Shown in pieces: positions 39,335 to 52,663 of a stretch of DNA of 64,000 nt. The stretch lies in the NCBI RefSeq assembly GCF_054482595.1, contig NZ_CM137008.1; one strand, 5' to 3'. The notes under the pieces were generated by a model. It was not told the origin of the DNA. It made no database searches and saw only the letters and a program-made list of their open reading frames with translations. Every line of letters starts with the position of its first letter. Position 1 is the first letter of the stretch. The translations under genes and the position numbers were made by a program.

Positions 39335-42259
39335 GTGAATATGGCAGTAAAGATTTCAGGTGTACTGAAAGACGGCACAGGAAAACCGGTTCAGAACTGC
39401 ACAATCCAGCTGAAAGCAAAACGTAACAGCACCACGGTGGTGGTGAACACGCTGGCCTCAGAAAATCCGGATGAAGCCGGGCGTTACAGCATGGACGTTG
39501 AGTACGGTCAGTACAGCGTTATTCTGTTGGTGGAAGGATTCCCGCCGTCACATGCCGGGACCATCACCGTGTATGAAGATTCCCAACCCGGTACGCTGAA
39601 TGATTTTCTCGGTGCCATGACGGAGGATGATGCCCGTCCGGAGGCTCTGCGCCGTTTTGAACTGATGGTGGAAGAGGTGACGCGTAACGCGTCCGCGGTG
39701 GCACAGAACACGGCAGCCGCGAAGAAGTCAGCCAGTGATGCCGGCACATCTGCCCGTGAGGCGGCAACCCATGCGACTGATGCTGCAGGCTCAGCGCGTG
39801 CAGCCAGCACGTCAGCCGGACAGGCCGCGACTTCGGCTCAGGAGGCGTCTTCCAGCGCAGGAACGGCATCAACAAAGGCCACTGAAGCATCAAAAAGTGC
39901 TGCCGCTGCAGAGTCCTCAAAAAGCGCGGCGGCCACCAGTGCCGGTGCGGCGAAAACGTCAGAAACGAATGCTGCAGCGTCACAAAAATCAGCAGCCACT
40001 TCTGCATCCACTGCGACGACGAAAGCGTCAGAAGCCGCCACTTCAGCCAGAGATGCGGCGGCCTCCAAAGAGGCGGCAAAATCATCAGAAACGAACGCCT
40101 CCACAAGCGCCAGCAGTGCAGCCTCCTCGGCAACGGCGGCAGGAAATTCCGTGAAGGCGGCAAAAACGTCCGAGACGAATGCCAGGTCTTCTGAAACGGC
40201 AGCGGAACAGAGCGCCTCAGCTGCGGCAGACTCTGAGACAGCAGCTGCATCATCGGCCCGTGAGGCGTCCATTAAGGCAGAGGAGGCAGCAGTCAGTGCC
40301 ACCGCCGCCGGAAAATCGGCAGAAAGCGCCGCATCATCCGCTTCAACAGCCACAACGAAGGCTGGCGAAGCCACTGAACAGGCCAGCGCAGCAGCGAGGT
40401 CTGCTTCCGCAGCGAAGACATCCGAAACGAACGCGAAAGCGTCGGAAACCAGCGCAGAATCCTCAAAAACGGCTGCCGCATCGTCCGCCAGTTCGGCGGC
40501 GTCATCGGCATCATCTGCGTCTGCTTCAAAAGATGAGGCGACCAGACAGGCGTCAGCAGCGAGGGGCAGCGCCACGACGGCATCCACGAAGGCGACAGAG
40601 GCTGCTGGCAGTGCGGCAGCGGCAGCACAGAGCAAAAGTACGGCGGAATCCGCGGCAACGCGCGCCGAGACAGCAGCAAAACGGGCAGAGGATATTGCAT
40701 CCGCCGTGGCGCTTGAGGATGCGAGCACGACGAAAAAGGGGATAGTACAGCTCAGCAGTGCGACCAACAGCACTTCCGAGTCACAGGCGGCAACGCCAAA
40801 AGCCGTTAAGGCCGCGTATGACCTGGCTAACGGGAAATACACCGCACAGGATGCAACGACAGCACAGAAAGGGATAGTTCAGCTCAGCAGTGCGACTAAC
40901 AGCACTTCCGAGTCACAGGCGGCAACGCCAAAAGCCGTTAAGGCCGCGTATGACCTGGCTAACGGGAAATACACCGCACAGGACGCTACGACAGCACAAA
41001 AAGGAATTGTCCAGCTCAGTAGTGCAACCAACAGCACATCTGAAACGCTTGCTGCGACACCGAAAGCAGTGAAAGCAGCTAATGACAATGCGAATGGTCG
41101 GGTACCTTCTGCCCGTAAGGTGAATGGTAAGGCGCTTTCAGCGGATATAACACTGACGCCGAAAGATATTGGTACGCTTAACTCAACAACAATGTCATTC
41201 AGCGGTGGTGCTGGTTGGTTCAAATTAGCAACGGTAACCATGCCACAGGCGAGTTCTGTTGTTTCAATTACGTTGATTGGTGGCGCTGGATTTAACGTGG
41301 GGTCACCTCAACAGGCAGGTATATCTGAACTTGTTTTACGTGCAGGTAATGGTAATCCGAAGGGGATTACTGGTGCTTTATGGCAGCGCACATCGACAGG
41401 GTTTACAAATTTTGCCTGGGTCAATACATCTGGTGATACTTACGATATTTACGTTGCAATCGGAAATTATGCGACTGGTGTAAATATTCAATGGGATTAT
41501 ACCAGTAATGCCAGCGTGACGATTCATACGTCACCAGCATATTCTGCTAATAAGCCGGAAGGGTTAACGGACGGTACAGTTTATTCACTCTATACGCCAT
41601 CAGAGCAGTTTTATCCGCCTGGCGCACCAATCCCGTGGCCATCAGATACCGTTCCGTCTGGCTATGCCCTGATGCAGGGGCAGACTTTTGACAAATCTGC
41701 CTACCCGAAACTTGCAGCCGCTTATCCGTCAGGCGTGATCCCTGATATGCGTGGCTGGACGATTAAGGGCAAGCCCGCCAGTGGTCGTGCCGTATTATCT
41801 CAGGAACAGGACGGCATTAAATCGCATACCCACAGTGCCAGTGCATCCAGTACGGATTTGGGGACGAAAACCACATCGTCGTTTGATTACGGCACTAAAT
41901 CCACGAATAACACCGGAGCGCACACCCATAGTGTCAGTGGTACGGCTGCTTCTGCAGGGGCACATACACACACGGTTGCCTGTTACCCATCTGGCAATAC
42001 CGAGCAGGGCGATAAAGCCCTCAAAGGTGCGTCTCGTGCAGGCTCGAGTACTGGCACATCGTCAGCCGGAGCGCATACCCACCCGGTGTCAGGTACTGCT
42101 GCAAGTGCAGGTGCACACGCGCATACTGTCGGTATTGGTGCTCATACGCACTCCGTTGCGATTGGCTCACACGGACACACCATCACCGTTAACGCTGCTG
42201 GTAACGCGGAAAACACCGTCAAAAACATCGCATTTAACTATATTGTGAGGCTTGCATAA
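39335..42259 (+). CDS. stf: Side tail fibre protein with long Ala/Ser/Thr-rich repeat region, three tandem ~41-aa repeats and His-rich C-terminus
   Basis: 974 aa; repeats [25 protein letters not shown]; C-terminal [18 protein letters not shown] repeats. Confidence 0.75.
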   Translation: MNMAVKISGVLKDGTGKPVQNCTIQLKAKRNSTTVVVNTLASENPDEAGRYSMDVEYGQYSVILLVEGFPPSHAGTITVYEDSQPGTLNDFLGAMTEDDARPEALRRFELMVEEVTRNASAVAQNTAAAKKSASDAGTSAREAATHATDAAGSARAASTSAGQAATSAQEASSSAGTASTKATEASKSAAAAESSKSAAATSAGAAKTSETNAAASQKSAATSASTATTKASEAATSARDAAASKEAAKSSETNASTSASSAASSATAAGNSVKAAKTSETNARSSETAAEQSASAAADSETAAASSAREASIKAEEAAVSATAAGKSAESAASSASTATTKAGEATEQASAAARSASAAKTSETNAKASETSAESSKTAAASSASSAASSASSASASKDEATRQASAARGSATTASTKATEAAGSAAAAAQSKSTAESAATRAETAAKRAEDIASAVALEDASTTKKGIVQLSSATNSTSESQAATPKAVKAAYDLANGKYTAQDATTAQKGIVQLSSATNSTSESQAATPKAVKAAYDLANGKYTAQDATTAQKGIVQLSSATNSTSETLAATPKAVKAANDNANGRVPSARKVNGKALSADITLTPKDIGTLNSTTMSFSGGAGWFKLATVTMPQASSVVSITLIGGAGFNVGSPQQAGISELVLRAGNGNPKGITGALWQRTSTGFTNFAWVNTSGDTYDIYVAIGNYATGVNIQWDYTSNASVTIHTSPAYSANKPEGLTDGTVYSLYTPSEQFYPPGAPIPWPSDTVPSGYALMQGQTFDKSAYPKLAAAYPSGVIPDMRGWTIKGKPASGRAVLSQEQDGIKSHTHSASASSTDLGTKTTSSFDYGTKSTNNTGAHTHSVSGTAASAGAHTHTVACYPSGNTEQGDKALKGASRAGSSTGTSSAGAHTHPVSGTAASAGAHAHTVGIGAHTHSVAIGSHGHTITVNAAGNAENTVKNIAFNYIVRLA
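40735..41100 (+). repeat. Three tandem ~123-bp coding repeats inside stf
   Basis: Units at ~40735, ~40858, ~40981; first two near-identical. Confidence 0.7.
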
Positions 42260-42843
42260 TGGCATTCAGAATGAGTGAACAACCACGGACCATAACAATT
42301 TATAATCTGCTGGCCGGAACTAATGAATTTATTGGTGAAGGTGACGCATACATTCCGCCTCATACAGGTCTGCCAGCAAACAGTACCGATATTGCACCGC
42401 CAGATATTCCGGCTGGCTTCGTGGCTGTTTTCAACAGTGATGAGGCATCGTGGCATCTTGTTGAAGACCATCGGGGTAAAACAGTTTATGACGTGGCATC
42501 AGGGAACGCGTTATTTATTTCTGAACTCGGCTCATTACCGGAAAATGTTACCTGGTTATCCCCGGCAGGGGAGTTTCAGAAGTGGAACGGCACAGCCTGG
42601 GTGAAGGATACGGAAGCAGAAAAACTGTTCCGGATCCGGGAGGCGGAAGAAACAAAAAACAGCCTGATGCAGGTAGCCAGTGAGCATATAGCGCCGCTTC
42701 AGGATGCTGTAGATCTGGAGATCGCAACGGAGGAAGAAAACTCGTTGCTGGAAGCCTGGAAAAAGTATCGGGTGTTGCTGAACCGTGTTGACACATCAAC
42801 TGCACCTGATATTGAGTGGCCGGAAGAACCAGACACAATGTAA
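42259..42843 (+). CDS. tfa: Tail fibre assembly protein
   Basis: 194 aa; start overlaps stf stop (ATAATGG). Confidence 0.7.
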   Translation: MAFRMSEQPRTITIYNLLAGTNEFIGEGDAYIPPHTGLPANSTDIAPPDIPAGFVAVFNSDEASWHLVEDHRGKTVYDVASGNALFISELGSLPENVTWLSPAGEFQKWNGTAWVKDTEAEKLFRIREAEETKNSLMQVASEHIAPLQDAVDLEIATEEENSLLEAWKKYRVLLNRVDTSTAPDIEWPEEPDTM

Positions 42844-43189
42844 GCGAAAAAGAAAAACCGCAGACACGACGTATGCAGGACGTGCTGCGGTTGGCTGGTG
42901 AACTTTCGATAGTGCGAGTATTGAATGATTTCCAGCCGTTACCGATTTTATATAACTGCAGTGGAATTATTCAACACACAGGCAAAACGGAATAAGCTGA
43001 GAAAAAAGCGTGCTTTCCCAATCTGGGGCAAATCACGTCTGAATGACACCTGAAAACAGGTGGTGGACTCAAGACGGCTTGGAATATTCTTCTTTAATGT
43101 TATGTAATTCATTGATTTTTCGTGTACGATTTTAAGACATTTATTCCAAGAAAAATTTTTAACTCTTTGATTTTTCGACTCTGTATCAT

Positions 43190-43251
43190 CGGTCTCGAAA
43201 ACCGGAGTAGGGGCAACTCTACCGGGGGTTCAAATCCCCCTCTCTCCGCCA
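43190..43251. repeat. attR core: partial serU 3' end (62 bp)
   Basis: Direct repeat of 4135-4196 with 2 paired differences. Confidence 0.85.
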
Positions 43252-43820
43252 CTTTATCAATGACTTATCTCCCGACTTCCCGCCTTGCTTTTCCTAAACA
43301 GAACAATCGTAGAATATTCTTGAAGGGTTAGATCGTCACTGTTTTCTGTTCGATACTGTGACATTCAGCACTTGATTCGCTATGGATCTGACAGGAAGCT
43401 TTCGAGCGAAAATGTGCAGTTATTCAGTCGTTTTCTTATCGCTCACCATTATTCTTTTAGACATTCATCCTATGAAACTGCCGCAAAGTTGGTGGTGGGA
43501 ACTGAAGTTGCGTAGAGAAGGGTTCAATAATTGAGTCAAAAAAGGAACGCGGCCGTCAGATTAAAGCCGCGGGACAAAGTCCATAATTTCCAAGAGTTGT
43601 TGAATTTCCCAGCTTTTTTGAAAGCCTTTGTATCATACTAACAAGTAAAAAAGGTTTAAATACCAAAATTAACCTGTATTTTTGATAAGTCTTACCATTG
43701 TACGATTTACACAGTTTCTGCTCCTCCTTGTTGATAGTGGAAAGGGTGCATTGTGCACTTGCGTAAACATTTATGACGCGTTGATGTCCATGGTTCACAT
43801 TTCCTTGTCAGGGGATCGAC

Positions 43821-44351
43821 TTATTTGCGGCGAGGCATCATTCGTAACAGAGTATTATCTTTCTGAATGTAGTGATGAAAGAGTGCTGCGCCAGCGTGAG
43901 CTGCGATTAAAAAGTAACCTATATTTGCCCAGGTTTCGTGAATATTTTTTATCAGTGCTTTAATTTCGCTGTTTGGGGTAACAAAGGGAGACACATTGAA
44001 ACCAAGGAAACTCCACGATTTTCCACTGTAAGCCATCAAAGCAATCCCCAGCAGAGGAAGTGCAAGGAAGGTTATATAAAGCATGATGTGCATTAGCGAA
44101 GCCGCTTTCATTTGCCAGGCAGGTGGCGGTGGCACAATAGAAGGATCACTATAACGGTGTTTTATAATCAGGCGTGAAAACATTAACACCCAAACGAATA
44201 TACCCGCATTGTAATGTGTTTCTCGCATCAGCAGATAAGTACTACTACCTTTAGGAAACCAGCCACGGAGTTCCATCGCGGCATAGGTTATTGCAACGAA
44301 AAGCAGCGTTATCCAATGTAAATAAATTTGAGTTTTTGAGAATCGGTTCAT
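43821..44351 (-). CDS. yodB: Cytochrome b561-family membrane protein
   Basis: 176 aa from MNRFSKTQIYLHWITLLFVAI...; multiple TM segments. Confidence 0.8.
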   Translation of the reverse strand: MNRFSKTQIYLHWITLLFVAITYAAMELRGWFPKGSSTYLLMRETHYNAGIFVWVLMFSRLIIKHRYSDPSIVPPPPAWQMKAASLMHIMLYITFLALPLLGIALMAYSGKSWSFLGFNVSPFVTPNSEIKALIKNIHETWANIGYFLIAAHAGAALFHHYIQKDNTLLRMMPRRK

Positions 44352-44693
44352 TTTTGTAGCTCCTGTAATTTTTACAGTCAAGCTATCCCACGAACCTTAA
44401 AAATTCCTTATACAGATGTGGTTTTAAGAATTTGTTATTTAAAAAATTGATAGTGCACATTGTAACCAGCCAATATAAGCAATGGCGTGAGCACAGGTAT
44501 CTTTCTCTGTTGGCCGTATTGTGTATGGAATCCGTTATTGGTTAACTCAATGCGGGTTAGCTTATTAATATACAGACACGTCATAGTGATGAGCGTGTCT
44601 GTAGCTAGCTTGCGTTCAGTGGCGTTTGTGGATGGACCAGTGGCAGTTATGATGACTTACTAAAGCGGCATCGAGGCGTTATCATGAGAATAC

Positions 44694-45365
44694 TCAATGA
44701 GACATCATTTCCTCGACCACTTCTTCGCTACTCAACTGATATGGATAATACGTTGGCCAGTTTTCCATTTCATTTAATAAAGATTGCTGTGAATCATTAC
44801 CCATAAAAATGTGAAAATGAGATGATTTTCGTGGTGCAATTATATGATCGCTAAATTGTATATATTTAGGGGCTTTGCTTTCAGGATCTTTACATTCGAA
44901 TAAGTAACGAACGCCTTTCTTGCCTGATTTATAGGTGAGTATTTTGTATCCATCGTAATCATATTTACAGGATGTTGTTTCATTATTTCTATGGAATTCA
45001 ACAATGCCGTCCTCAATGCCAATCATCTCGATATCTGTTGCATAACCTTTGTGATAATAATCTTTAATTTCAGCAAATGTTTTAGTTTTATCTGCATCCG
45101 CTTTCTTCTGAAAGACGGGGTCAAGTTTGCCACTTTGCAGTAAAGGATAAACGGATTGCCAGACTCCATCCCAGTCACTGAGCGTTCGGTTTTGTACATT
45201 GGCATCATCAAAAACACCATTAGCAGCTTTTTGTTCGACCTCTGTTAAGGGTTTGCCGTGTGAGTGATGACCATGCGAAAAGGCAGGAGCGCTAACAATA
45301 AAGACACCTAAAGCAACAGCCAGTTTGTGAAGACGAATCGCCAAAACAGTTTCCTCCAGAGTCAT
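44694..45365 (-). CDS. zinT: Zinc/cadmium-binding periplasmic protein ZinT (YodA)
   Basis: ...[30 protein letters not shown]...; start ambiguous (ATG 45365 or TTG 45344). Confidence 0.85.
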   Translation of the reverse strand: MTLEETVLAIRLHKLAVALGVFIVSAPAFSHGHHSHGKPLTEVEQKAANGVFDDANVQNRTLSDWDGVWQSVYPLLQSGKLDPVFQKKADADKTKTFAEIKDYYHKGYATDIEMIGIEDGIVEFHRNNETTSCKYDYDGYKILTYKSGKKGVRYLFECKDPESKAPKYIQFSDHIIAPRKSSHFHIFMGNDSQQSLLNEMENWPTYYPYQLSSEEVVEEMMSH

Positions 45366-45531
45366 TGTATATGATGTGTAATGTTATATTGTAACATATG
45401 GCAAAATGCAACAACTCTTAGGAGATGAGAGCATAGTTTTCTCAGGTGTACTTATCTATCTTATTGAAATAAAATGAATTATATTGATAATTTGAGGTTG
45501 ATGACAAACGAAACATAATCTGATGTGATCT

Positions 45532-45568
45532 GCGTAGGCCGGATAGGGCGCTCGCGCCGCATCCGGCA
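45532..45568. repeat. REP (repetitive extragenic palindromic) element
   Basis: gcgtaggccggatagggcgctcgcgccgcatccggca. Confidence 0.7.
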
Positions 45569-45600
45569 GGGATAACGCGTACTTTGTCGGCAATATGAAG

Positions 45601-46236
45601 TTATACAGATAATTTGTTGTGAACCTGCTTGCGTAACCGGTTAAAAAGGGAACGCAACTTCTTATACCGTAAGGCTAAAAGCAGTACAGCCAGCCCAGCG
45701 TAGATGAGCGGCTGCGGTGAAATAATCTTCACTGACCACAGATAATGTATTGGGGCCAGGATCGCGACAAGATAGACGAAATTATGCAACTGTTGCCAGT
45801 GCTTGCCGAGTTTTCGCTGCATCGCCTGGGTTGAAGTAAACGCTAAAGCAAGCAAAATAACCCAGCTGATAATTCCTAACGTTAAATAAGGCCGGGTAAT
45901 TAACTCCTTGCCTAATAACGCCAGATTATTCACGCCCAGCTCCAGCAATGCGTAACTGGTTAAATGCAGTGTCGCCCAGGCAAAGCACCATAAGCCTAAC
46001 AGGCGGCGAGTGCGTATCAATAACGGCTGTTTTGCGTAGCGTGCCAGAGGTGTGATTAACAAGGTCGCCAGCAAAAATTTCAGTGCAGTGCGACCGGTAA
46101 AATGCTGAATATCTTTCACCGGATCGGCACCCAGTCCACCGTGATTGATCGCCCAGACCAGCCAGAGAAACGGCAACAATCCGGCAAGATGCAGGCTAAC
46201 TTTCAGCCATGTCACCTGTTTTGCTGTCAGACGCAT
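45601..46236 (-). CDS. msrQ: Methionine sulfoxide reductase heme-binding subunit MsrQ (YedZ)
   Basis: 211-aa membrane protein directly downstream of msrP. Confidence 0.85.
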   Translation of the reverse strand: MRLTAKQVTWLKVSLHLAGLLPFLWLVWAINHGGLGADPVKDIQHFTGRTALKFLLATLLITPLARYAKQPLLIRTRRLLGLWCFAWATLHLTSYALLELGVNNLALLGKELITRPYLTLGIISWVILLALAFTSTQAMQRKLGKHWQQLHNFVYLVAILAPIHYLWSVKIISPQPLIYAGLAVLLLALRYKKLRSLFNRLRKQVHNKLSV

Positions 46237-47247
<1,011 letters not shown>

Positions 47248-47349
47248 TCACACTTTTTTGTCGTTAGCCAGCAAGAGCCGTTTACTGTTAATCTGTCAGG
47301 GAGTGTCCTCCCTAACAGTAGCAGAGATCTGCTTTTACATATTTATGCA

Positions 47350-47763
47350 TTAACTGCCACGATAGGTTGAATACCCATATTGGCTAAGTAATAAAGGCAC
47401 ATGATAATGCTCGTTCACTTTATTAATATGAAATTCAACGGGGATCTCAGGGAAGAAACTTTCAAGATTTTGTTTCTTGAAATAGTCCCCGGTTTTAAAT
47501 ACGACACGGTAATCGCCCGTAGTTGCAGTTTGCTCGGGCCACAGTGCCTTAATTCGTCCATCCTTATCTGTTTTGGCGGTATTAAGTTGTAACCAGCCGT
47601 TGTCCGCTTTCTTTTCAAGAGTGACTGTCACGTCGGCAGCGGGTTTTCCTGTTTGCTGGTTCAAAATGTGCACACTAAGAATGTTTTGTTGTGCAGCATA
47701 GACCAAAGAAGGTAATGAAAATGCAGCCGTTACTACGGAGAGTACTAAATAACGCTTTAACAT
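47350..47763 (-). CDS. hiuH: 5-hydroxyisourate hydrolase (transthyretin-like), HiuH/YedX
   Basis: 137 aa with signal peptide; C-terminal ...YRGS. Confidence 0.8.
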   Translation of the reverse strand: MLKRYLVLSVVTAAFSLPSLVYAAQQNILSVHILNQQTGKPAADVTVTLEKKADNGWLQLNTAKTDKDGRIKALWPEQTATTGDYRVVFKTGDYFKKQNLESFFPEIPVEFHINKVNEHYHVPLLLSQYGYSTYRGS

Positions 47764-47895
47764 GTTTATATCCTTGTCATGTGAATGAGTTTTGAGGATA
47801 GCGAAAAAGCGTCCACGGTAACCTTACAGCAGCATTACAATTTTGTAATGAACCAGGTTGTTTCTATAACATATGATTTATGGCATATTATTTTC

Positions 47896-48567
47896 ATGAA
47901 GATTTTACTTATTGAAGATAATCAAAGGACCCAGGAGTGGGTAACGCAGGGGCTTTCCGAAGCGGGTTATGTCATTGATGCCGTTTCTGATGGCAGAGAT
48001 GGGCTCTATCTTGCGCTTAAGGATGATTATGCATTGATCATTCTGGATATTATGCTTCCGGGTATGGATGGCTGGCAGATCTTACAAACGTTAAGAACAG
48101 CAAAGCAAACTCCTGTTATTTGCCTTACTGCAAGAGATTCTGTCGATGACAGAGTCAGAGGGCTGGACAGTGGGGCAAATGATTATCTGGTAAAACCTTT
48201 TTCATTTTCTGAGTTGCTGGCAAGGGTTCGGGCACAATTAAGGCAACATCACGCTTTGAATTCAACATTAGAAATCAGTGGCTTAAGAATGGACTCTGTT
48301 AGTCAAAGTGTGAGCAGGGACAATATCAGTATTACACTGACGCGCAAGGAGTTTCAGTTACTTTGGCTACTGGCCTCCAGAGCTGGCGAGATTATCCCCA
48401 GAACGGTTATTGCGAGTGAAATTTGGGGAATCAACTTTGATAGTGATACCAATACGGTGGACGTCGCCATTCGCAGGCTCCGCGCAAAAGTTGATGATCC
48501 TTTTCCTGAAAAGCTAATCGCCACAATCCGGGGGATGGGCTATTCATTCGTAACGGTAAAAAAATAA
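47896..48567 (+). CDS. hprR: Two-component response regulator HprR (YedW)
   Basis: 223 aa from MKILLIEDN...; receiver plus winged-helix output domain. Confidence 0.8.
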   Translation: MKILLIEDNQRTQEWVTQGLSEAGYVIDAVSDGRDGLYLALKDDYALIILDIMLPGMDGWQILQTLRTAKQTPVICLTARDSVDDRVRGLDSGANDYLVKPFSFSELLARVRAQLRQHHALNSTLEISGLRMDSVSQSVSRDNISITLTRKEFQLLWLLASRAGEIIPRTVIASEIWGINFDSDTNTVDVAIRRLRAKVDDPFPEKLIATIRGMGYSFVTVKK

Positions 48568-49925
48568 TGAAAAGATTATCTATAACCGTCCGTTTAACCT
48601 TGCTTTTTATATTGCTGCTGTCTGTTGCTGGCGTTGGAATTGTATGGACTCTCTATAATGGCTTGGCAAGTGAGTTGAAATGGCGCGATGATACAACACT
48701 CATTAACCGGACAGCGCAGATCAAGCAGTTGTTAATTGATGGGGTAAATCCAGATACGTTACCTGTGTACTTTAACCGGATGATGGATGTTAGTCAGGAT
48801 ATCTTGATCATTCATGGTGATAGCATCAACAAAATTGTTAACCGGACGAATGTCAGTGATGACATGTTAAATAACATACCTGCTACTGAGACAATCAGCG
48901 CAGCTGGCATTTACAGAAGCATTATTAATGATACAGAGATAGATGCTTTACGAATTAATATTGATGAAGTTTCGCCATCATTAACGGTTACTGTGGCTAA
49001 ATTGGCTTCAGCCAGACATAACATGCTTGAACAGTATAAAATTAATAGCATTATAATTTGCATTGTCGCCATTGTACTTTGCTCAGTATTAAGTCCGCTG
49101 TTAATCAGAACGGGATTACGAGAGATCAAAAAGTTGAGTGGTGTAACGGAAGCGCTGAATTATAACGATAGCCGGGAGCCTGTTGAGGTTAGCGCATTAC
49201 CGAGAGAACTAAAACCTCTTGGGCAGGCGTTGAATAAAATGCATCATGCTTTAGTCAAAGATTTTGAGCGTCTAAGTCAGTTTGCTGACGATCTCGCTCA
49301 TGAACTTAGAACGCCCATTAATGCATTACTGGGTCAGAATCAGGTTACGCTCAGTCAAACCAGAAGTATCGCTGAATATAAAAAAACAATTGCCGGTAAC
49401 ATTGAAGAGCTGGAAAATATTTCGCGGTTAACAGAGAACATACTGTTTCTTGCCCGGGCAGATAAAAACAATGTTTTGGTGAAACTGGACTCACTTTTTC
49501 TCAATAAGGAAGTCGAAAATTTGTTGGATTATCTTGAATACCTTTCAGACGAGAAAGAGATTTGCTTTAAGGTCGAGTGCAATCAGCAAATCTTTGCGGA
49601 TAAAATTTTACTGCAACGAATGTTATCGAATCTTATTGTTAATGCCATTAGATATTCACCAGAAAAATCGCGCATTCATATAACCAGTTTTCTTGATACC
49701 AACGGCTATCTTAATATTGATATCGCCAGTCCTGGAACGAAAATTAATGAGCCTGAAAAACTCTTCCGTAGATTTTGGCGGGGAGATAATTCGCGTCATT
49801 CCGAAGGTCAGGGACTTGGTCTTTCTTTAGTCAAAGCGATTGCCGAATTGCATGGGGGAAGTGCTACGTATCACTATTTTAATAAGCATAATGTGTTCCG
49901 AATTACGTTACCGCAAAGAAATTAA
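48567..49925 (+). CDS. hprS: Sensor histidine kinase HprS (YedV)
   Basis: 452 aa; two TM segments; H-box LAHELRTPIN. Confidence 0.8.
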   Translation: MKRLSITVRLTLLFILLLSVAGVGIVWTLYNGLASELKWRDDTTLINRTAQIKQLLIDGVNPDTLPVYFNRMMDVSQDILIIHGDSINKIVNRTNVSDDMLNNIPATETISAAGIYRSIINDTEIDALRINIDEVSPSLTVTVAKLASARHNMLEQYKINSIIICIVAIVLCSVLSPLLIRTGLREIKKLSGVTEALNYNDSREPVEVSALPRELKPLGQALNKMHHALVKDFERLSQFADDLAHELRTPINALLGQNQVTLSQTRSIAEYKKTIAGNIEELENISRLTENILFLARADKNNVLVKLDSLFLNKEVENLLDYLEYLSDEKEICFKVECNQQIFADKILLQRMLSNLIVNAIRYSPEKSRIHITSFLDTNGYLNIDIASPGTKINEPEKLFRRFWRGDNSRHSEGQGLGLSLVKAIAELHGGSATYHYFNKHNVFRITLPQRN

Positions 49926-50032
49926 CATAGGGCTTCAGTACGCCATAAATCAACCATGAAAAAACGCAGCCACGTCGTGAGTATTAACGTGGCTGCGATT
50001 GATTATGCGCTTACATTCATACGTAACAGGGA

Positions 50033-50884
50033 TTAACCCGCATAAGCTGCCAGCATTTCCTGCGCCGCCAGTTTACCCAACGCAATCGCTGCGAAAGGAC
50101 TGTCGCCGGTGAGAACTTTACGGTCCTTATGTACTCGCCCGGTGATGTCGTCATTAATAATGTTCATGCCCATTTTCTTCAGCTCTTCGCCGAAGTACCA
50201 GGTGAGATGACCCGGCATATAGCCTATCTCTGGCGTTTGTTTGTCTGCGGCGTCTGGGAATGCGCAAATGGAATAACCATTCAGTGGGTTATCGCCGTGG
50301 CGAAGCGCCAGAAAAGCCGCCGGGCCGTGGCAAAGGGAGATAACAAAACGGTCATTTTTGATTGCCCACTGTAAAGCGGCAGCTACGTCCTGGCTTTCTG
50401 GTAAACCAATAAGTGCGCCATGACCACCAGGAACAAAGATTGCTGCATATTCGCTATCAGCGTTGAGGCTGGCAACAACATCCGCGAGTTTCTTCGGATT
50501 GCGGAACAACGATTTATGCTGCTCAAAGAATGGCATTACTTTTTCATCTTTGTGCGGCATAGCCCAGTATTCAAACTTGGTCATCAGACCGGAAATGGTC
50601 GCCACTTCGAATTCGAAACCTGCAGCATGGAGATGATACAACGGCAGCAACGTTTCAATCGGATGGTTACCGGTCGAGAACAGTTTTCCGTTATCGGTCG
50701 GCAAATAACGTTCGTCCGCGGCGATCACCAGAATTTTATGTTTACCGCGATAAGGTTTTGGATAGTCCACGCCATCAAGATCAGAGACAGGACTGGTATA
50801 TTGGCTAAGCGAATATTCTGAAGGGAAGAATGCATTATCTTCAGCAATATCGACCTGCGGATTTTTACTTGTTTGAACAGTCAT
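50033..50884 (-). CDS. hchA: Hsp31 glyoxalase/chaperone HchA
   Basis: 283 aa MTVQTSKNPQVDIAEDNAFFPSEYSLSQYTSP...; DJ-1/PfpI-like with catalytic Cys in ISLCHGP. Confidence 0.85.
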   Translation of the reverse strand: MTVQTSKNPQVDIAEDNAFFPSEYSLSQYTSPVSDLDGVDYPKPYRGKHKILVIAADERYLPTDNGKLFSTGNHPIETLLPLYHLHAAGFEFEVATISGLMTKFEYWAMPHKDEKVMPFFEQHKSLFRNPKKLADVVASLNADSEYAAIFVPGGHGALIGLPESQDVAAALQWAIKNDRFVISLCHGPAAFLALRHGDNPLNGYSICAFPDAADKQTPEIGYMPGHLTWYFGEELKKMGMNIINDDITGRVHKDRKVLTGDSPFAAIALGKLAAQEMLAAYAG

Positions 50885-51475
50885 AGTGTATTCCTTATTG
50901 TTGCTTAGTTAGGGTAGTCACTATATTTGCGACTGAGCTGGTCGCTATTTTTAACCAGGCTGGAAAATTGAGTCAATATATCGAAAGCGGTAGTCGGCGG
51001 GTGTAAGTATGTAATGATGATGCTGCACTGGTGTTGAATATTATTCACGCCAAATTTTCCTTATTGAGTAACGTCGTCGCAAGTGGCCTCAATGATTTTA
51101 GACCATTATCAGAGGTACGGGGTGGCTGGGAGAGATTTAGTGCTGTGGAATATTGTGGTGCTGATGAATATTTATATCGCGGATTGGTAGAGAAAAATCT
51201 TATTTCATGCACTATTTTTGCAAATATTTCTATATGGGAAGCGTGTTTGTTATGGATTAATTCATAAAGAAATGCATTTGGGTGTTGGCTTGAAGAGTCG
51301 CTGGTTGATGTTGTTGTGCCAGGAGGGGCAGGGTAAGGTGCTGTATCGATATGCTTCGGCAATTGCGTGTGCCGCAGATGGAGATGAAATGTCAATAAAA
51401 AAGCCTGAGTTCGATGAGGGACGAACTCAGGCTAGTGTTCAGTTTTACAGTAACACGCCGCGGCGCGTTGGCTGA

Positions 51476-52663
51476 TTAGAACTGGTAGACTAAGCCCACA
51501 GCCACGATATCATCGGTAGCGATGCCGTTTTCTTTGTAGAAGTCGTCGTCGTTGTCCAGCAGGTTGATTTTGTAATCAACATAAGTGGACATGTTTTTGT
51601 TGAAGTAGTAGGTCATACCAATATCAACATATTTAACCAGATCTTTGTTGGTGTAATGATGATTACCCTGGCTGTCGAAGTTATCACTATTTACACCGCC
51701 TAAATCCTTACCTTTAGATTGCAGGTAAGCGATGGACGGGCGCAGGCCAAAGTCGAACTGATACTGAGCAACAACTTCAAAGTTTTGGGTTTTGTTAGCG
51801 ATGGCATCAGCATCACCGTAACCAGTCATGTTACGGGTTTCAGCATACATAGCTGCTAAGTAAACGTTATTAGCGTCATATTTAGCACCAACGGTCCATG
51901 CTTCTGCTGTTTCACCGCCAGCAGTTGCATCGAAGCGATCTCCATAACGAATGTTATGCAAACCTTTGTGAACCTGATTGTCAGTACGGTCAGAATTAGA
52001 ATATGCAGCACCCAGACTTAAACCGAAGTCGAAGTCATAGGAAGTGGACATACCGAAGCCGTCGCCGTTCTCTTTAGCTAACTTACGGCCATTACCGTTA
52101 CCAGAACCTTCCTGACCGAATAATCCATCATCTTCATTATTACCCTGATATTGCAAAGCAAAGTTCAAGCCATCGACCTGACCAAAGAAGCCATTGTTAC
52201 GGTAGGTTGCAACACCATTAGCACGACCGTTCATGAAGTTGTCAGCGCCAGCATAGGTATCGCCACCAAATTCTGGCAGCATATCGGTCCATGCTTCTAC
52301 GTCATATACGACACCGTAGTTACGACCATAGTCGAAAGTACCATTCTGACCAAAGCCTAAACCTGCAAATGCCAGACGCGTTGCGGTATTACCCTTGTCG
52401 CTTTCAGGACCGTTTGCGCCAATGTTAAATTCCCACTGACCATAACCAGTGAATTGATCAGCGATCTGAGTTTCACCTTTGAAACCGATACGGGCATATG
52501 ACATGTCGCCATCGCTGCCAGAATCATCAGAGAAGTAGTGCAGACCCACTACTTTTCCGTACAAATCCAGTTTATTACCATCTTTATTATAGACTTCAGC
52601 CGCATTTGCTGCGCCAGCAACTAATAATGCCGGGACCAGCATTGCCAGAACTTTTCTTTTCAT
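51476..52663 (-). CDS. yedS: OmpC/OmpF-family general porin, apparently intact
   Basis: 395 aa from [21 protein letters not shown]; porin-like, C-terminal ...VGLVYQF. Confidence 0.75.
   Translation of the reverse strand: MKRKVLAMLVPALLVAGAANAAEVYNKDGNKLDLYGKVVGLHYFSDDSGSDGDMSYARIGFKGETQIADQFTGYGQWEFNIGANGPESDKGNTATRLAFAGLGFGQNGTFDYGRNYGVVYDVEAWTDMLPEFGGDTYAGADNFMNGRANGVATYRNNGFFGQVDGLNFALQYQGNNEDDGLFGQEGSGNGNGRKLAKENGDGFGMSTSYDFDFGLSLGAAYSNSDRTDNQVHKGLHNIRYGDRFDATAGGETAEAWTVGAKYDANNVYLAAMYAETRNMTGYGDADAIANKTQNFEVVAQYQFDFGLRPSIAYLQSKGKDLGGVNSDNFDSQGNHHYTNKDLVKYVDIGMTYYFNKNMSTYVDYKINLLDNDDDFYKENGIATDDIVAVGLVYQF

Noticed and set aside
39508-40842. Several long ORFs in other frames and on the minus strand (poly-Ala and Pro/Arg-rich translations)
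   Set aside because: Alternative-frame readings of the Ala/Ser-rich repeat region of the side tail fibre gene.
40735-42200. Possible CRISPR-like repeat array
   Set aside because: The repeats are long in-frame coding repeats of the tail fibre gene without spacer/repeat alternation; no cas genes anywhere in the window.
43252-43820. ORFs of 80 and 93 aa in the attR-yodB spacer
   Set aside because: They overlap each other on opposite strands, lack RBS, and one runs into the yodB 3' end; treated as non-coding.
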